Below are positions 11,250 to 24,565 of a stretch of DNA of 64,000 nucleotides, in pieces. A program made the translations under genes and the position numbers. Location: contig NC_047027.1 in assembly GCF_902652985.1 (NCBI RefSeq), positions 33,976,001 through 34,040,000 of the forward strand, read 5' to 3'. How positions within the stretch are numbered: position 1 is the first letter of the stretch; the number at the start of each line of letters is the position of its first letter. The notes beneath the pieces were generated by a model, which searched no databases, was not told the origin of the DNA, and worked only from the letters and a program-made list of their open reading frames with translations. The DNA comes from Pecten maximus. Lineage: Eukaryota.

Positions 11250-12295
11250 TTATTTAGTTTACAACTAGTACCCTTTATTTAGTTTACAACTAGTAACCTG
11301 TATTTAGTTAACAACTAGTTACCTGTATTTAGTTTACACCTAGTAACCTGTATTTAGTTCACAACTAGTTACCTGTATTTAGTTTACAACTAGTAACCTG
11401 TATCTAGTTTACAACTAGTAACCTGTATTTAGTTTACAACTAGTAACCTGTATTTAGTTTACAACTAGTAACCTGTATTTAGTTTACAACTAGTAACCTG
11501 TATTTAGTTTACACCTAGTAACCTTTATTTAGTTTACAACTAGTAACCTGTATTTAGTTTACACCTAGTAACCTTTATTTAGTTTACAACTAGTAACCTG
11601 TATTTAGTTTACACCTAGTAACCTGTATTTAGTTTACAACTAGTAACCTGTATTTAGTTTACAACTAGTAACCTTTGTTTAGTTTACAACTAGTTACCTG
11701 TATTTAGTTTACACCTAGTAACCTGTATTTAGTTTACAACTAGTAACCTTTGTTTAGTTTACAACTAGTAACCTGTATTTAGTTTACAACTAGTAACCTG
11801 TTTTTAGTTTACAACTAGTAACCTTTGTTTAGTTTACAACTAGTAACCTGTATTTAGTTTACAACTAGTAACCTGTATTTAGTTTACAACTAGTAACCTG
11901 TATTTAGTTTACAACTAATAACCTGTATTTAGTTTACAACTAGTAACCTGTATTTAGTTTACAACCAGTAACCTGTATTTAGTTTACAACTAGTAGCCTG
12001 TATTTAGTTTACAACTAGTAACCTGTATTTAGTTTACAACTAGTAACCTGTATTTAGTTTACAACTAGTAACCTGTATTTAGTTTACAACTAGTAACCTG
12101 TATTTAGTTTACACCTAGTAACCTGTATTTAGTTTACAACTAGTAACCTGTATTTAGTTTACAACTAGTAACCTATATTTAGTTTACAACTAGTAACCTG
12201 TATTTAGTTTACACCTAGTAACCTGTATTTAGTTTACAACTAGTAACCTGTATTTAGTTTACAACTAGTAACCTGTATTTAGTTTACACCTAATA
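11250..12295. repeat. 25-bp tandem satellite, ~41 copies
   Basis: Unit acctgtatttagtttacaactagta, head-to-tail, with degenerate flanking copies. Confidence 0.97.
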
Positions 12296-12956
12296 CTCTT
12301 TATTTGATTTCCACCTAATGCCCCCTTTTTAAAAGCATGTATCGTATTTGTTATACTAAGGTGACTAAGCGTCATCATGAGAGATCATTGAATGAAGCTC
12401 GTTATCTCTTCATCTCTGTGTCGTTGATAACACGTCTTTTTTCTTTGTGTTGTTTCGGATGCTAATTCATTCGCATAATGTATTGTATAACGGAGAATCT
12501 TTCAAACATTCCATTTCACTGCGCCAGACAAATTCCTACAACAACGAAGTTTACAGGTAAACTTCCTAGTTACCTGGGCTTTCAACCTCATTTACTGTCG
12601 GAGATGATATCTCGTGATTCAACGGAGGATAATCCTAATGTTATTGCAAACTTGGTGACAATGATGTTGGGCAATGGAGTTCCTGAACGGCTGTATGGAG
12701 TATATGTTAATTTATTTGTTTAACGTGCACTGTTGTTTGTATATAGCTAAGGAAATGCATTCCATAGATGACGGACTGATTTAAGTGTTGAATAATGTGA
12801 GGCTCCCCCTCCCCCTCCCCCCTCCCGCCATAATACATTTTTTTCTCATTGGTAAATAAAGGAATGGGAATAACAAAATATCTAGAAATATCTAACCTTG
12901 GAATTTGAGAGGGAAGCAGATATATGTTGACCTCTTTACTATCCCCTAAACGAAAC

Positions 12957-12987
<31 letters not shown>

Positions 12988-13269
12988 TATTGTTATTTTT
13001 TTTTGTTGCAAAATCGTCATGCTGAAGAATTAGGTATACATCTTTTAAAAATCTAAATATGTAGTGACATACATGAAATTGTTTTGCCACATCATATCCC
13101 ATTCCCACAAAGTACTTGTTTTATATATTGTCATATTGTTCCGTATATATTAATATGAATTAATTGATATAATACTGTGATTCCTCTTCGTAGAACCTAA
13201 AGTGGTGTCATCTGTTTGGAGGATAACGCAACACAGTATAAATCCTTTGTGTTACTTTGGAAGCCTATT

Positions 13270-14312
13270 GCAAGAGGCAACTAATGTGTCCGCCTCTATC
13301 ACTTCCTGAATCACGATCGGCTTTTCTTGTTAATGTCTTAAATTGAGGGCGTACCGAGAATAAATGCATGACTCTATATTGTCCTTCTTGATGTGTAAGG
13401 CGATGTGACCAAAAACCCCTGACCCCTCCCCCTCTGCCAAATTACCCCCCCCCCCCCCCCACACCTCTCCCACAATTCCCACAACCCTTTGATGAATAGA
13501 TGCTTTCGTCTGCGTCTTCTATTTCATTAATATTGGAGATGTTGCAGGCTATGTGTATACCAAATGTGGTTGATTTCCATTTAAAACTTTATGACTAGTA
13601 GCGATTTAAAGATGAGCCTCTATTTCCCCTATTTGGCCCAACCCTTCAGGCCCCTTTGGGGTCAGAGTCAATATTTATACAAGCTCTTTCCCTTTCCCCT
13701 ATGGATATTCCAGACCAAATTTGGTTCAAATCCATTCGTAACTTTATGATTAATACCCCTATTTTCCCTATTGGGCCCCGCCCCTCAGGCCCCAGGGGGT
13801 TCAGAGTAAAAAATTATACAAACTCTGTTCTTCTTCCCCCAAGGATGTTCCTGACCAAATTCGGTTAAAATCCATTTAAAATTGATGACTAGTAGCGAAT
13901 TAAAGACTAATATCTATTTCCCATATTTGGCCCCCCCCCCTCAGGCCCCTGGGGGTTCAGAGTAAAATTTATACAAACACATTTCCACTTCTCCCAAGGA
14001 TGTTCCTTAATAAATTTGGTTCAAATCCATTCATAACATTGTGACTAGTAGCGATTTAAAGGATTAACACCTATTTCCCCTATTTGACCCCGCCCCTCAG
14101 GCCTCTGGGGGTTCAGAGTAAAAATTTCTCTGTTTCCCTTCCCTCAAGGATATTTCTGACACAATTTGGTGAAAATCCATTCAATACGTTAGGACTACTA
14201 GCAATTTAAAGAAAATGTTGACGGACGACGGACGCCGGACGACGGACGGACGACGGACGACGGACGCCGCGACATGGTATAAGTTCACCCTTCGGGCCAG
14301 GTGAGCTAAAAA
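13270..14312 (+). mobile_element. Non-autonomous Helentron/HINE (pearl/CvA-like) element with internal ~150-bp tandem repeats
   Basis: Starts CAAGAGGC. About 4 internal units of ~150 bp (gactagtagcgatttaaag at 13593, 13887, 14043, 14193), then a (GACG/GGAC)n microsatellite at ~14220-14268, then a terminal stem-loop agttcacc...ggtgagct followed by AAAAA. This layout is established for bivalve HINE elements. The 5' boundary is approximate. Confidence 0.75.
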
Positions 14313-15373
14313 TGGTGGTAATATGTACGCAATATTGCATTAATACACAGGTTATGTCTAATTAGGAATACACTTTGACCTAAAATTGAAATCGAAATGA
14401 CGTTGAGTCAAGATATTGACGAGTTGGAGACACTATTATTTTCATCATTTGAAATTAATATTTATAATATTATCAAATTATCATTCAAACTTATTTGTCG
14501 TTCACAGAGTAAGCTTTCTCCAGTTATTGTGCTACATACTTGTGTTGATAGCAATAATGTCTTCTAAATGACATTTCCTTTCTTGTAATCACCTGAGAAA
14601 TTGTTTCGATATCTGTACATGAAATGGCCAAAATATATATGTTACCTACCATTGTGACTGGATCTAGACGGTGATTAAAACGGCCGAGCTTAAACTGATC
14701 TTATCTACACCTCAGAGGTATATAATGGGAACGTAAACAGACTGTCTGACGTATCGTGGGTAAATCATTGACATGGCCACAAAGGCCAACCCACAATCAT
14801 TTTTATTTACACAGATTTTTTCTACAGATCTTCTACGTTAGTGATTTTTCTAGAACCACGTGTTGCGATATATGCGTGTTCTATGAATAGTTTAACTTAT
14901 TATATAAGTATATAAAAGAACAAACAGCTAAGATTTTATATCATAGTCAGCATCACTCCTCAGTCATCACCTTTGCCTCATAGAATATGTTATATATATA
15001 TATAGGATTAATATTAAAAATCAATACGTTCTGTATTCATAATATTCACTGTGAAATGTATATAGGTAAAGGGTAATGATGCTTCTTCAAATATATGACC
15101 TTGACATGTATTCCTTGCGAGGCTAAATAAAGGTGTGGTATGTTATTATAATTATATATAAAAATGACAGTCATTTAATTCGCAGTTACACATTGGTAAT
15201 ATGATGTGGATATTTAAACATCTTCCATGTGACAAAGATAGTATAAAGTACACATGTGAAATAAAGATAATTAGAAACCAAGAAATAGTACTGTAACATA
15301 TATATAACGAAAAAGGGGGGCAAGGGGAATCAGACCATGTGTTCCACAAGGATGAGCGTTATGTATTATACAA

Positions 15374-15404
<31 letters not shown>

Positions 15405-16367
15405 ACACAAACGAGATGTTCAGTGATAGCTACTATGCTTAAAAGGGATTAATCATTGTTCTTGATTTAGTTGTGTGCTAAATACGCACCTTCAAATATT
15501 TTCGTCAACAAAACCTTACTCAGTCAAAGCGTTTGTGACAATCGTAGCCGTGTCGAACGAATTGTCCAAAAACATTTAGAATAATGTCCTAAGGGTGGTC
15601 CAAAAGTGGACAAGTGTAAAGTAGATTAAGCTATGGATATTGTATATCTGTCAAAATAAATATAAAATTGTATCATGCAGCTTAAAGTGTAGAGATTGCA
15701 GGGGCTAAATGTTGAGAAATCTTAAAGTTGGAAAGTTAGGGAAGGTAAAGCATAGCATAGGCTTAATTGACCTCATAAGTTGACCAGTCTTGCAAACATT
15801 ACGTGACCTGATTATTATGTAGATATACTGTACATATTATGAACCAGAATTAGGCCAGAAATTTCGATCATAGTGTAAATGACAGTATTATATTATGTGA
15901 ATGTAAATATGTAGTGGAGTAGGTATAGGGAATGGTAATGGGTAAGGTGGGAACTAACACATGGACAGTCTGCCAGTCTACACAGGTAACACTGGTGCAA
16001 CACAGAGACAGGCGCGGTTCAAGTTGATAACTTATATACGTTTATTTGATTTTTAAAAGATGTGAAATAAGAACAAACACTGTTTATATTTTCGTGTATG
16101 AATGATTTTATTGTTTTACCTTGGCAAATATTTTTGTTTGTGTATTTTACTTGTTTGATCTTTTTGTGAGTTTAACTCTATTGCAATGTTAATAAGCCCT
16201 GATTTGTCCAGTATATGGAACATATAAAAAGAATTACTTTAGCTCTACCGAATAATAGGGCACCTTGACATAGAGGAGTCTATCTCATCAAAATAAGGAA
16301 TCTTCAAAGAATTACTCACCTGTCCTCTGTAATTGTATTCATAGTTGGACAGATACTATATATGTTT

Positions 16368-16560
16368 CTAAATTCACTGAAAGAGGAAATAGCTCTAAGT
16401 TCCTGTAATTCTGTATCGATAACTGACTAGAAACTGTAAATGTTACTAAATTCATTGAAGGAGGAAACAGTTGTAAGTTCCTGTAATTCTATAATGATAA
16501 CTGGCCTGAACCTGTACCTGTTACTAAATTCACTGAAGGAGGAAACAGCTGTAAGGTCCT
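16368..16560. repeat. ~79-bp diverged tandem repeat, ~2.5 copies
   Basis: ctaaattcactgaa(a/g)gaggaaa(t/c)ag.t.taag.tcct recurs at ~16368, ~16446 and ~16524. Confidence 0.7.
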
Positions 16561-17583
16561 TTAAAATTTGCCAGATACTATTAATGTTACTCAATTCACA
16601 AACTCACAACTAAATCAACCAAGACGTATATCAACTGTCTTCTCTAATCTCCACTCATGACCTTGGTCAAATACCTACCCTAGTAATAGTGGTATGGGGA
16701 ACCTTCGCTATACATATCCAGGGTGTACCTGGGTGTTTAGTATTTTTCTTGATAAACGGTAGATTTATAATCTATTATTTTGCCTATTCGTCCTTGTGAG
16801 CCATCATCGGGTGCGCTACGCTTCGCTTCACTGATTACCGTGTGGTATGTGAAGCGAAGCGTAATGCAATCGACCGTGGGCATCAGAAAATGGTAGAACA
16901 CAAATTAAAGTGTAACTCGTATAAACGTTTAAGTATATCCTGTTTCAGATATGAATATATCGGCGAAGAAACATTTTTGGATTGTAACTCAATTAATGTG
17001 TTTTGATATTAGAAAAAAATCAGAATAAAAGACATTTGTGTGGTAAGTCTGTTGTTATAGAAAATGTCGTTATATTGTTTTTTGTTATAACTTGTTATTT
17101 GACCTTCAGTACAACATATGATTAATAATCTATATTTTCACACGATTTTCATTTCAAATATCAGAAATAAATCACAGTCATGGCAGTAACGCTTAATCTG
17201 AAACCAATAACGGTAAAGCAAGAAATTGCTACGTAGGTTGCTATGCACTTTGTACGTAATGACTGTTATAAATAGCTCTTTTGGAAAGAATAGATAAGGA
17301 GTTTGAATAATAACTAGCGCCCGTTGCACCACCATGAACAGATAAACAAAGATATTATGCAATCTCCAAACAATAAATAAAGATAATTTAAAAATGATAG
17401 ATATTTATGTATATATATACAAATAAATAAAAAGTTAAAAAATAAATAGATACAAATTACAAATGAATGAATATAAATAAATCCATGAATCAAATTGTTA
17501 CGAGGTTGGGGTTTATGTAGTGATGAATTATTTTGGAATGTCTAGGACGTGATGTAAGGCACGGTAAGGCGGGGAATTCCCCC

Positions 17584-17590
17584 TATAAAG
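17584..17590 (+). promoter_or_regulatory. Candidate TATA box of the Ig-superfamily gene
   Basis: TATAAAG ~130 bp upstream of the ATG at 17716, preceded by GGGGAATTCCCC. Confidence 0.4.
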
Positions 17591-17715
17591 TACCCCAGTA
17601 TACCCGGATAACCTTTGACCTCGTCTTATCTACCTGTTTATAGAGCCATAGTTTGTCCATCATTACAAAACACCTGACCTTACTGGAGATCAACACAGTT
17701 TTAAAGTACTTCACC

Positions 17716-20700
17716 ATGGACGGGCTTGCTGTGTTTATTATCATCACTGGAATAGTATCACAAGCTGCAGGTAAATAGATATAAAACATATTCTACTTAT
17801 AACACTGTGGTTAACATATCTTAACATATTCGGTAAATGACTCTTACTATTCTCTCATTAGGTTGTATGATTAAAACTATTATTACCTTGGTTTGAAGTC
17901 GTTGTTTTGAGCTACTCTTTTTTAGTTTAAAATTTTATGTTCGAATTTTATTTAATAAGTTGACATCAATTTCTACAAATCATTTTGTGTTAAGTACTTA
18001 TGTTACATGTAATGTTGAAAAAACTTTTATAATTCAATACATACCGGAATGTAGATATATAGAATTTCGCATTCAGCAGTACTTTATCATCAATGAATAA
18101 TTGTTAAGTATCTATTGATTCAATAAGTTATGAAATGTAATTGACAAATGACAACAAACATGAATTTTCATAAAATCGATGGCTATTTTCATCTCTTCCT
18201 TTCTGTTTATATAATCTCGCCATTTTGAAGGTTTAAATATAGACACGTACTACTTAACGAGGCACGATTACTTCATATAGGTAATGACTTTATATGCTCG
18301 TTACCAAATAAGACTATAAAATAAAACTCGTTGTCTTCGTCAATTATTTAATGTGTGGAACGTCAAAATGCTCAAGCGTCATCCAATTAATTTTGGATAT
18401 TACTTTTCTCTCTAAAATTATTTTAAAGACGTTCTATTAATACACATTGAAATATTTCAGGCCTTTTCCTAACCATCGAGCCTCACAAGATACAGTACAT
18501 TGGGGGAAATGACGTCACGATCCGTTGTGGTCTTGGAAAGACTGATATCGAGACAGTTGGATGGATGCAAATATCAAAACAAACTTTATTGATGGAGAAG
18601 AGACCGTATCTGTTGCTGAGAGTGATAGATGGTACAGGGCCAGAATGGAGTTCTGGAATCGACGATGAAAAAATGGACGAAAAAGCATCGGTGAGCTATT
18701 CGACAGTACCATTAGAAGAAACCTATTTGGAATTTACTCTACATCAGATTGAATGTGACGATGGAGGTGTATATTCATGCGAGGTTTCAGGGACGAACCA
18801 GAACGGAAGTGTGATAAAGGAACATATTCGAGAGGAACTCATTGTTTATTGTACGTATCTTATTATTTACATGACTCTTTTTTGTGTATCTATATTTTGA
18901 TCTTATTACACGTTACGTTTTAATGACGCCGAGAAATATTAACAATTGTCAATAATTGTTATTTTCAGAAATATTCATTAATTGGTATTCAATCATAACT
19001 TTTGTTTTTATATGAAGCTTTTGGACAAGAGCCAACTATAACTTACTTCTCGGCCAAGGTGCCTAACCAGGAATTGATTGTGGACTCAGGTAGTGAGGTT
19101 ACGCTCCTGTGTAACGGTCTGGTAGGCAAACCTTCCATGCCAATAACTTGGTACCAATACAACGCTAAAGCGGGAGCGTTTACACAAGTGGAGGAAGGTG
19201 TTAGTCAAGGTAAGAAACATTCATAAACAAACTTACATCACTCAAAAGTTTGATATTTTATTACATGAATGCCTGCTATCCTCAAAGATAGTACAAATCA
19301 ATACACGGAGTTCCTCACAATAATCACAGTAATATAACGTAAATACACTACATAATTAACCACCTAAATAATAAAACACCAACAGGAAGACGAGTGGAAA
19401 CGATATTGACCTGTAATATCAACCATTGTACACAAAATTAAATGCTGGTTAAAAAGTACCCGGTACAGTACATAATGCACAACCGGTGTATATGAAAATA
19501 AAGTTTGGTGATTACAATCAATTATAAGATGTAATGAAGACGTAAATGAATTTTGATATGTTCAGATTTTTGTTATTATGTATATTTCACAATTAGATAT
19601 ATGCTTTATATTTTGAAAGGGTATGTTCATTGACATTTCATATTTGAAATTGAATCCCTATTGAAAAGAATATTTTTTTTCATTAATGTTACTAATATCG
19701 TTATGAGGTTTCTGTAAGGGAAACAAGATATTCAAATTATTTACCAATCGTTTATTTAAAGAAACATTGATGGTTGAAAAGAACAGTATGTGTTCTTACA
19801 ACGGGAGCAGCTACCTGACATTTACTGCGAGCGGTTATGAAACAGAGGTCACATTTAGATGCGGTATCGGTCAGAGGTTTGATACCATTACCGTGATAAC
19901 CACATATACAGCGAGGAGAAGTTGTGAGTAAATCATCATTATAAACATACCTATCTTAGCGATATCTTAGTTTTGAACATTCATTATCGCGCTTATCAAA
20001 GTTTATTCTTACAATTTTTCTAGTAAATAGCGTATTTGCGCAATATCAATATCTTTGTATGCGATTTTGATAATTTGGTAATAAGCTGAAATTAGGAGCG
20101 AAATAGCAAACACATTATTGTTATATATTCTGACCAGGTCATATGTGTATATCACAGTTGTAAGCGAAGCAAACATATTCTATTGAAAGAAATATAAAAA
20201 TCCACCTGCCTATATCCTATTCATTTCGATGGAGAATATATTTCGGTACATGAATGTTAAATACTATGCTTCATTTCTGTTAGTTAATCGGATTTTCGGA
20301 GACGAAAATGTTACTCCGTATCCAGACTCCAGTGCAAACAATAGAAAGGAGAAAGGTTTGTTGTGTTTTATCTGACATTTTTCAACACATAAGGTTTCAT
20401 ATTCTAATCATATAGAAGGAATCTTGCATTATTTTTTATAATGCTTCTTGCTTATATAGTAAGTTATGAAATAATTAAATAGATCAATTTATTTTTCTCC
20501 AAACTTGCAAATAAGTTCATTTGTGTCGAAGAATTGGGATCTCATTACAATCACACCATGTTTAAAAAAAAAACAAAAAAAACGCACAGTAAAATATGTC
20601 AGCTCACTGCATGATGTATTGCATGATTTCATACACTATTTTGTTGTTTTGTTAACCGTTTTTATTGTCATATGTCATTAAATATAATTTAAAATTTACC

Positions 20701-23700
20701 ATTGGCTATATTAATAACACTGACACACATTCCAGATATATATATATCATACTTTTATTTGGACCAGTACAAATCGAGCTGAAGTGGGAAATAAACTTTC
20801 GCATATATATGAGCAGGTATTAGGCAAATAGTAGCAGAATCTAGTCTTTTCGAATTTCTTCGAAGTTCGAAGACAACTTAAAACCTTTCTGTACGCATGG
20901 TGCCTGGTCATTTGTCTGATGAAGATTACAGCGTACATACCATACTAGTGCTGGCTGTATTTTACCAAAGGTATTGTATTTTGTATACAAAACAATACAG
21001 AACATGACAAACATAATGACATTTTGTCATGCCCTTATTAATATGCTACTATTTCATTTCTTTACAGGACTGCTACTCAGCATTAACCCTTCAAAGGTGC
21101 AGTATCAAGGCGACTTTGATGTCACAATAAAATGTTCCATTGGAGATTTAGCTGATAATCTAACAGAATTCGGATATATCCAAATTCAGAAAGAAGGTCC
21201 TGTTTCCTTGAAACGTCCCTACCTAACACTTCGCCGAACAAATGGAACCGGGCCAGAATGGGGAACTGGGATAGATAGGGTGAACCTCGAGAGTAAAAGC
21301 ACAGTGACGTACCGGCGATATCCTTTAGAGGAACTCTTCATACAAGTCACGCTACATAGGATGGAGTGTGATGACGAGGGAATCTACACGTGTGCTCTGT
21401 TTGGAATTTATAATGGACATAGCATGGAAGTGAAGACTAAGAGGGAAGAGCTATCGATATACAGTAAGTAATGTGATGTTGTATGGATAATCGTTATAGG
21501 TATCAGCCTATCGACACAATATGTCATTTTAAAGGACAGTGTCTCCTTTATTGGGATAATGTTAAGTTAAACTTCAATTAAACATTGTGTGTATGTAGCA
21601 ACCTGATATTTGATCCACAAACCTCTCGTTTGACTGAACAATCGCCTCAAGTGAAGGAGTAGTGACGTGATCAAAAAGCCTTTACAGAAGGTGGAAATAT
21701 TGAAACAGAAGTCGTGTTAAGGCAATACCGTAGTAGGTTTACTGTTAATGCACTCACATGGAATATGAATTGCGACACCTAGATTATAATGTCATGATAG
21801 TAAAATCGTGAAATTTTTTTGTTAGAAAAGTAAAAAGGTAAAATATAATAATATCAATCTATCACAACATATGTATCCCTCAAATATCAATAAACTACTA
21901 ACATATAGTTCCCCTTATCTCAATATATACTACTATTATATATTTCCCTTTAATAAAGAATATACTACTTATATATAAATCCCCTTAATATCAGTATATT
22001 AAGCCACTATGCATTTTTCTTGTAGCGTATGCAGGCGAACCACAAATAACAGTAGATGGACAAGTGTACCCTAGCAAGGTAATCCATGCTTATCCTGGCA
22101 CCAATCTCACATTGACGTGTTCCGGACCCGTAGGTAAACCACAAGCGCCTATACAATGGTATAAATACAATATGATGTCTGGAGCCTACATCTACACGAC
22201 GACTGGAACGAAACCAGGTATGTAATTATATACAATGGTTAGTTAATTATCTGCCTTATCACAAAAAAAAAAAAAAAAAATTGGGGCCGCGGTGGCCGAG
22301 TGGTTAAGGTGTCCCGACACTTTATCACTAGCCCCCCACCCTTGGGTTGCGAGTTCGAAACCTACGCCGGGCAGTTGCCAGGTACTGACCGTAGGCCGGA
22401 GTTTTTTCTCCGGGTACTCCGGCTTTCCTCCACCTCCAAAACCTGGCACGTCCTTAATGACCCTGGCTGTTAATAGGACGTTAAACAAAAACAAACAAAC
22501 CAAACACAAACAATACATCGCCCAGGGGGTGTTGTCCGAAATGAGAATATTAAATGTTTTCTAAATACAGACCCCCCCCCCCCCCCCCCCCCTGACAGGA
22601 CTGCATTAACTTGATAGTTCTACCAGTAGGACCTTATTCGCGGGTATTCAATTTCGCGCAACCACGTCCTGTTTTCATTCTTCTGTAAACACTTATTTAC
22701 ATGTTTGTGTATATAACTGTTCGCTTCGTATACATCTTTGCGCTATATTAGGTACCTTGAATACAGCGACTCTAAATCATCCGCGAATATTACAAGAACG
22801 CCTTTTGTTTGCAGCAACCCAAGCTTAAAATGGTGCTTATGTCATTATTTTGATACGCCTTCTAATGGTCTGATCGAAGACCTTTAAAAGCTGTATGTAA
22901 ATATTTTTTTTGTATATAAGTGTATGAGGAAATATATGCAGAATCCATTTCAAGCAAGAAATCTCTTTAACTAAGATAACGGCATAGTTTTAATGCTGGT
23001 GGTTATAATGTAAAACTGCTTGTGAAATAAATTAACGAATTAATGCGTTTCACCACGAATAACAAAATTATATCAGTTTGAATCATTTTTGGTTATAATA
23101 AGACTGCATTTGAATCAGGAATATAATTTTATTAATGTGTCATTTGAACAGATACATCCACTGATTCAGCTTGCATTCAATCTAAACTTTGTTTTGTTTT
23201 TAATAGCATATCTGCATTTTACATTTACCGCTACATTGATTAATCACATAATTCATCTTGACCAGTAACGCCACCTGTCGCGTCATATCCGGGCCAAAAT
23301 TATACGGTTATGCTTAAAAAAACCCACATATTTAGAAACTACAGGGCACTTGAATTCAGAGTTATACTCTCTCATGAATGACCTTGATTTTTCTATTTTT
23401 AGAAACCATTGACTTACCTATTGACCACCTTTGTCGATATACTGGAACGTCCACCATGACATTTCTGACGACTACGTTTGAACAGGATGTGACGTATGAG
23501 TGCAAGATTGGCGCTTTTGCGGATATCATTACCGTTATCGTGGATGGCGGTTCGAATGGTAAGTAGTCACAATTATCTTAAATGGATTCGATTGGTTCTT
23601 ATTGTTTTGCACGCACAAACAGTATCATTGTGCCTACCTGAATTTAGTCAGCATTATAAACAGAAGTCCCCCCCCCCCCTTAGCCATAGAGGTTAAACTA

Positions 23701-24565
23701 TATACGTAATATATCTATATTCCATATATTCTATATTTATACCGCAATATATCCAAAATAATATCAAATAAATTCGAACTGCACAAATCTTTGCCCAAAG
23801 GCATGTTTATCCATTCCCTGCTATTAATACAATCAATGATACCATTATGATACCACTCTCAAGCCGAGGGACGCGTGGCCGTGTGGAGGGAGGGGGATAC
23901 ATTTTGTGCATACCTGGCACACTTGCAAAGATACTTTAAGAAAAATGACAACTAGGACAATATCAATATGATGTTAATCAATATCCAGTTTTCAATAATT
24001 TACATATTTTAATTTACTAGTAAAATGAAAACATACATGTTATCACGTTGAAGTAAATCTGGACAAACGAAATTTAGTATTGGGTGTAAAGAAAATCATT
24101 TTTGGGGATTTGTTTTATTCGAATAGGCATCTTTATCACGTATGTGTTAATTTCATACATTTAGATATAGGGCCGTTATACAGCCGCCAGAAACAGTTAA
24201 CAGCACGCCAAGGTAAGATATATTTTGTTATACGCTGGTATATTACAATTCTATTTCGGTTGAATATACACGTCTGAATACAATTAAACGTGTGTACATA
24301 TGTTTGCTAAACACATATGTTGATAACATTATTTTTAGTATACATCTATATGTTCCTGATACAGTAAGAAAGCATATCCTTGTGACATTGTGTATTCCTA
24401 AAAAAGGTAATAAAACTAATCTCTATGACGTATATATCTTTCTTGGTAAAATATCATGAAATTATGTATTTGTTTTCAGGAATCAATATTGCTGAGTTCC
24501 ACAAAGGTTCGCGTGTTCTGTGCCTCATTTTAGCAGTGCTGGTTTGGTTTAAAATCAGGAATTGA
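17716..24565 (+). CDS. Ig-superfamily cell-surface protein: signal-V-C2-linker-V-C2-hydrophobic C-terminus (possible GPI anchor), 582 aa, 10 exons
   Basis: Exons: 17716-17770 (MDGLAVFIIITGIVSQAA); 18461-18850 (V1: DVTIRC...IECDDGGVYSC); 19018-19209 (LLCNGLVGKP...ITWY); 19762-19923 (MCSYNGSSYLTF...FRC); 20284-20355 (linker); 21068-21463 (V2: DVTIKC...MECDDEGIYTC); 22026-22217 (LTCSGPVGKP...IQWY); 23403-23558 (LCRYTGTSTMTF...YEC); 24165-24212; 24480-24565 (GINIAEFHKGSRVLCLILAVLVWFKIRN*). All introns are GT-AG and phase 1; total 1749 nt. The last two exons are less certain. Confidence 0.85.
22283..22515 (+). mobile_element. Full-length tRNA-derived SINE (V-domain-like core), young copy, in Ig gene intron
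   Basis: A-box GGTGGCCGAGTGG, B-box GAGTTCGAAACC, core TTTCTCCGGGTACTCCGGCTTTCCTCC, (AAAC)n tail; inserted after a poly-A run. Confidence 0.9.

Noticed and set aside
9016-12295. 36-bp and 25-bp arrays as CRISPR arrays
   Set aside because: Units are contiguous with no unique spacers, there are no cas genes, and the context is eukaryotic.
15374-15402. Poly-G run (also poly-C runs at ~3721, ~13445, ~22572) as functional G-quadruplexes
   Set aside because: Such homopolymers are scattered without relation to gene features; no evidence of function.
16810-16868. Hairpin acgcttcgcttcac...gtgaagcgaagcgt as a terminator or ncRNA
   Set aside because: More simply explained as an internal palindrome of a decayed non-autonomous transposon; no other support.
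22283-22365. tRNA gene
   Set aside because: A and B boxes are present, but the sequence runs into a SINE core and (AAAC)n tail, and a diverged second copy exists at 30795.
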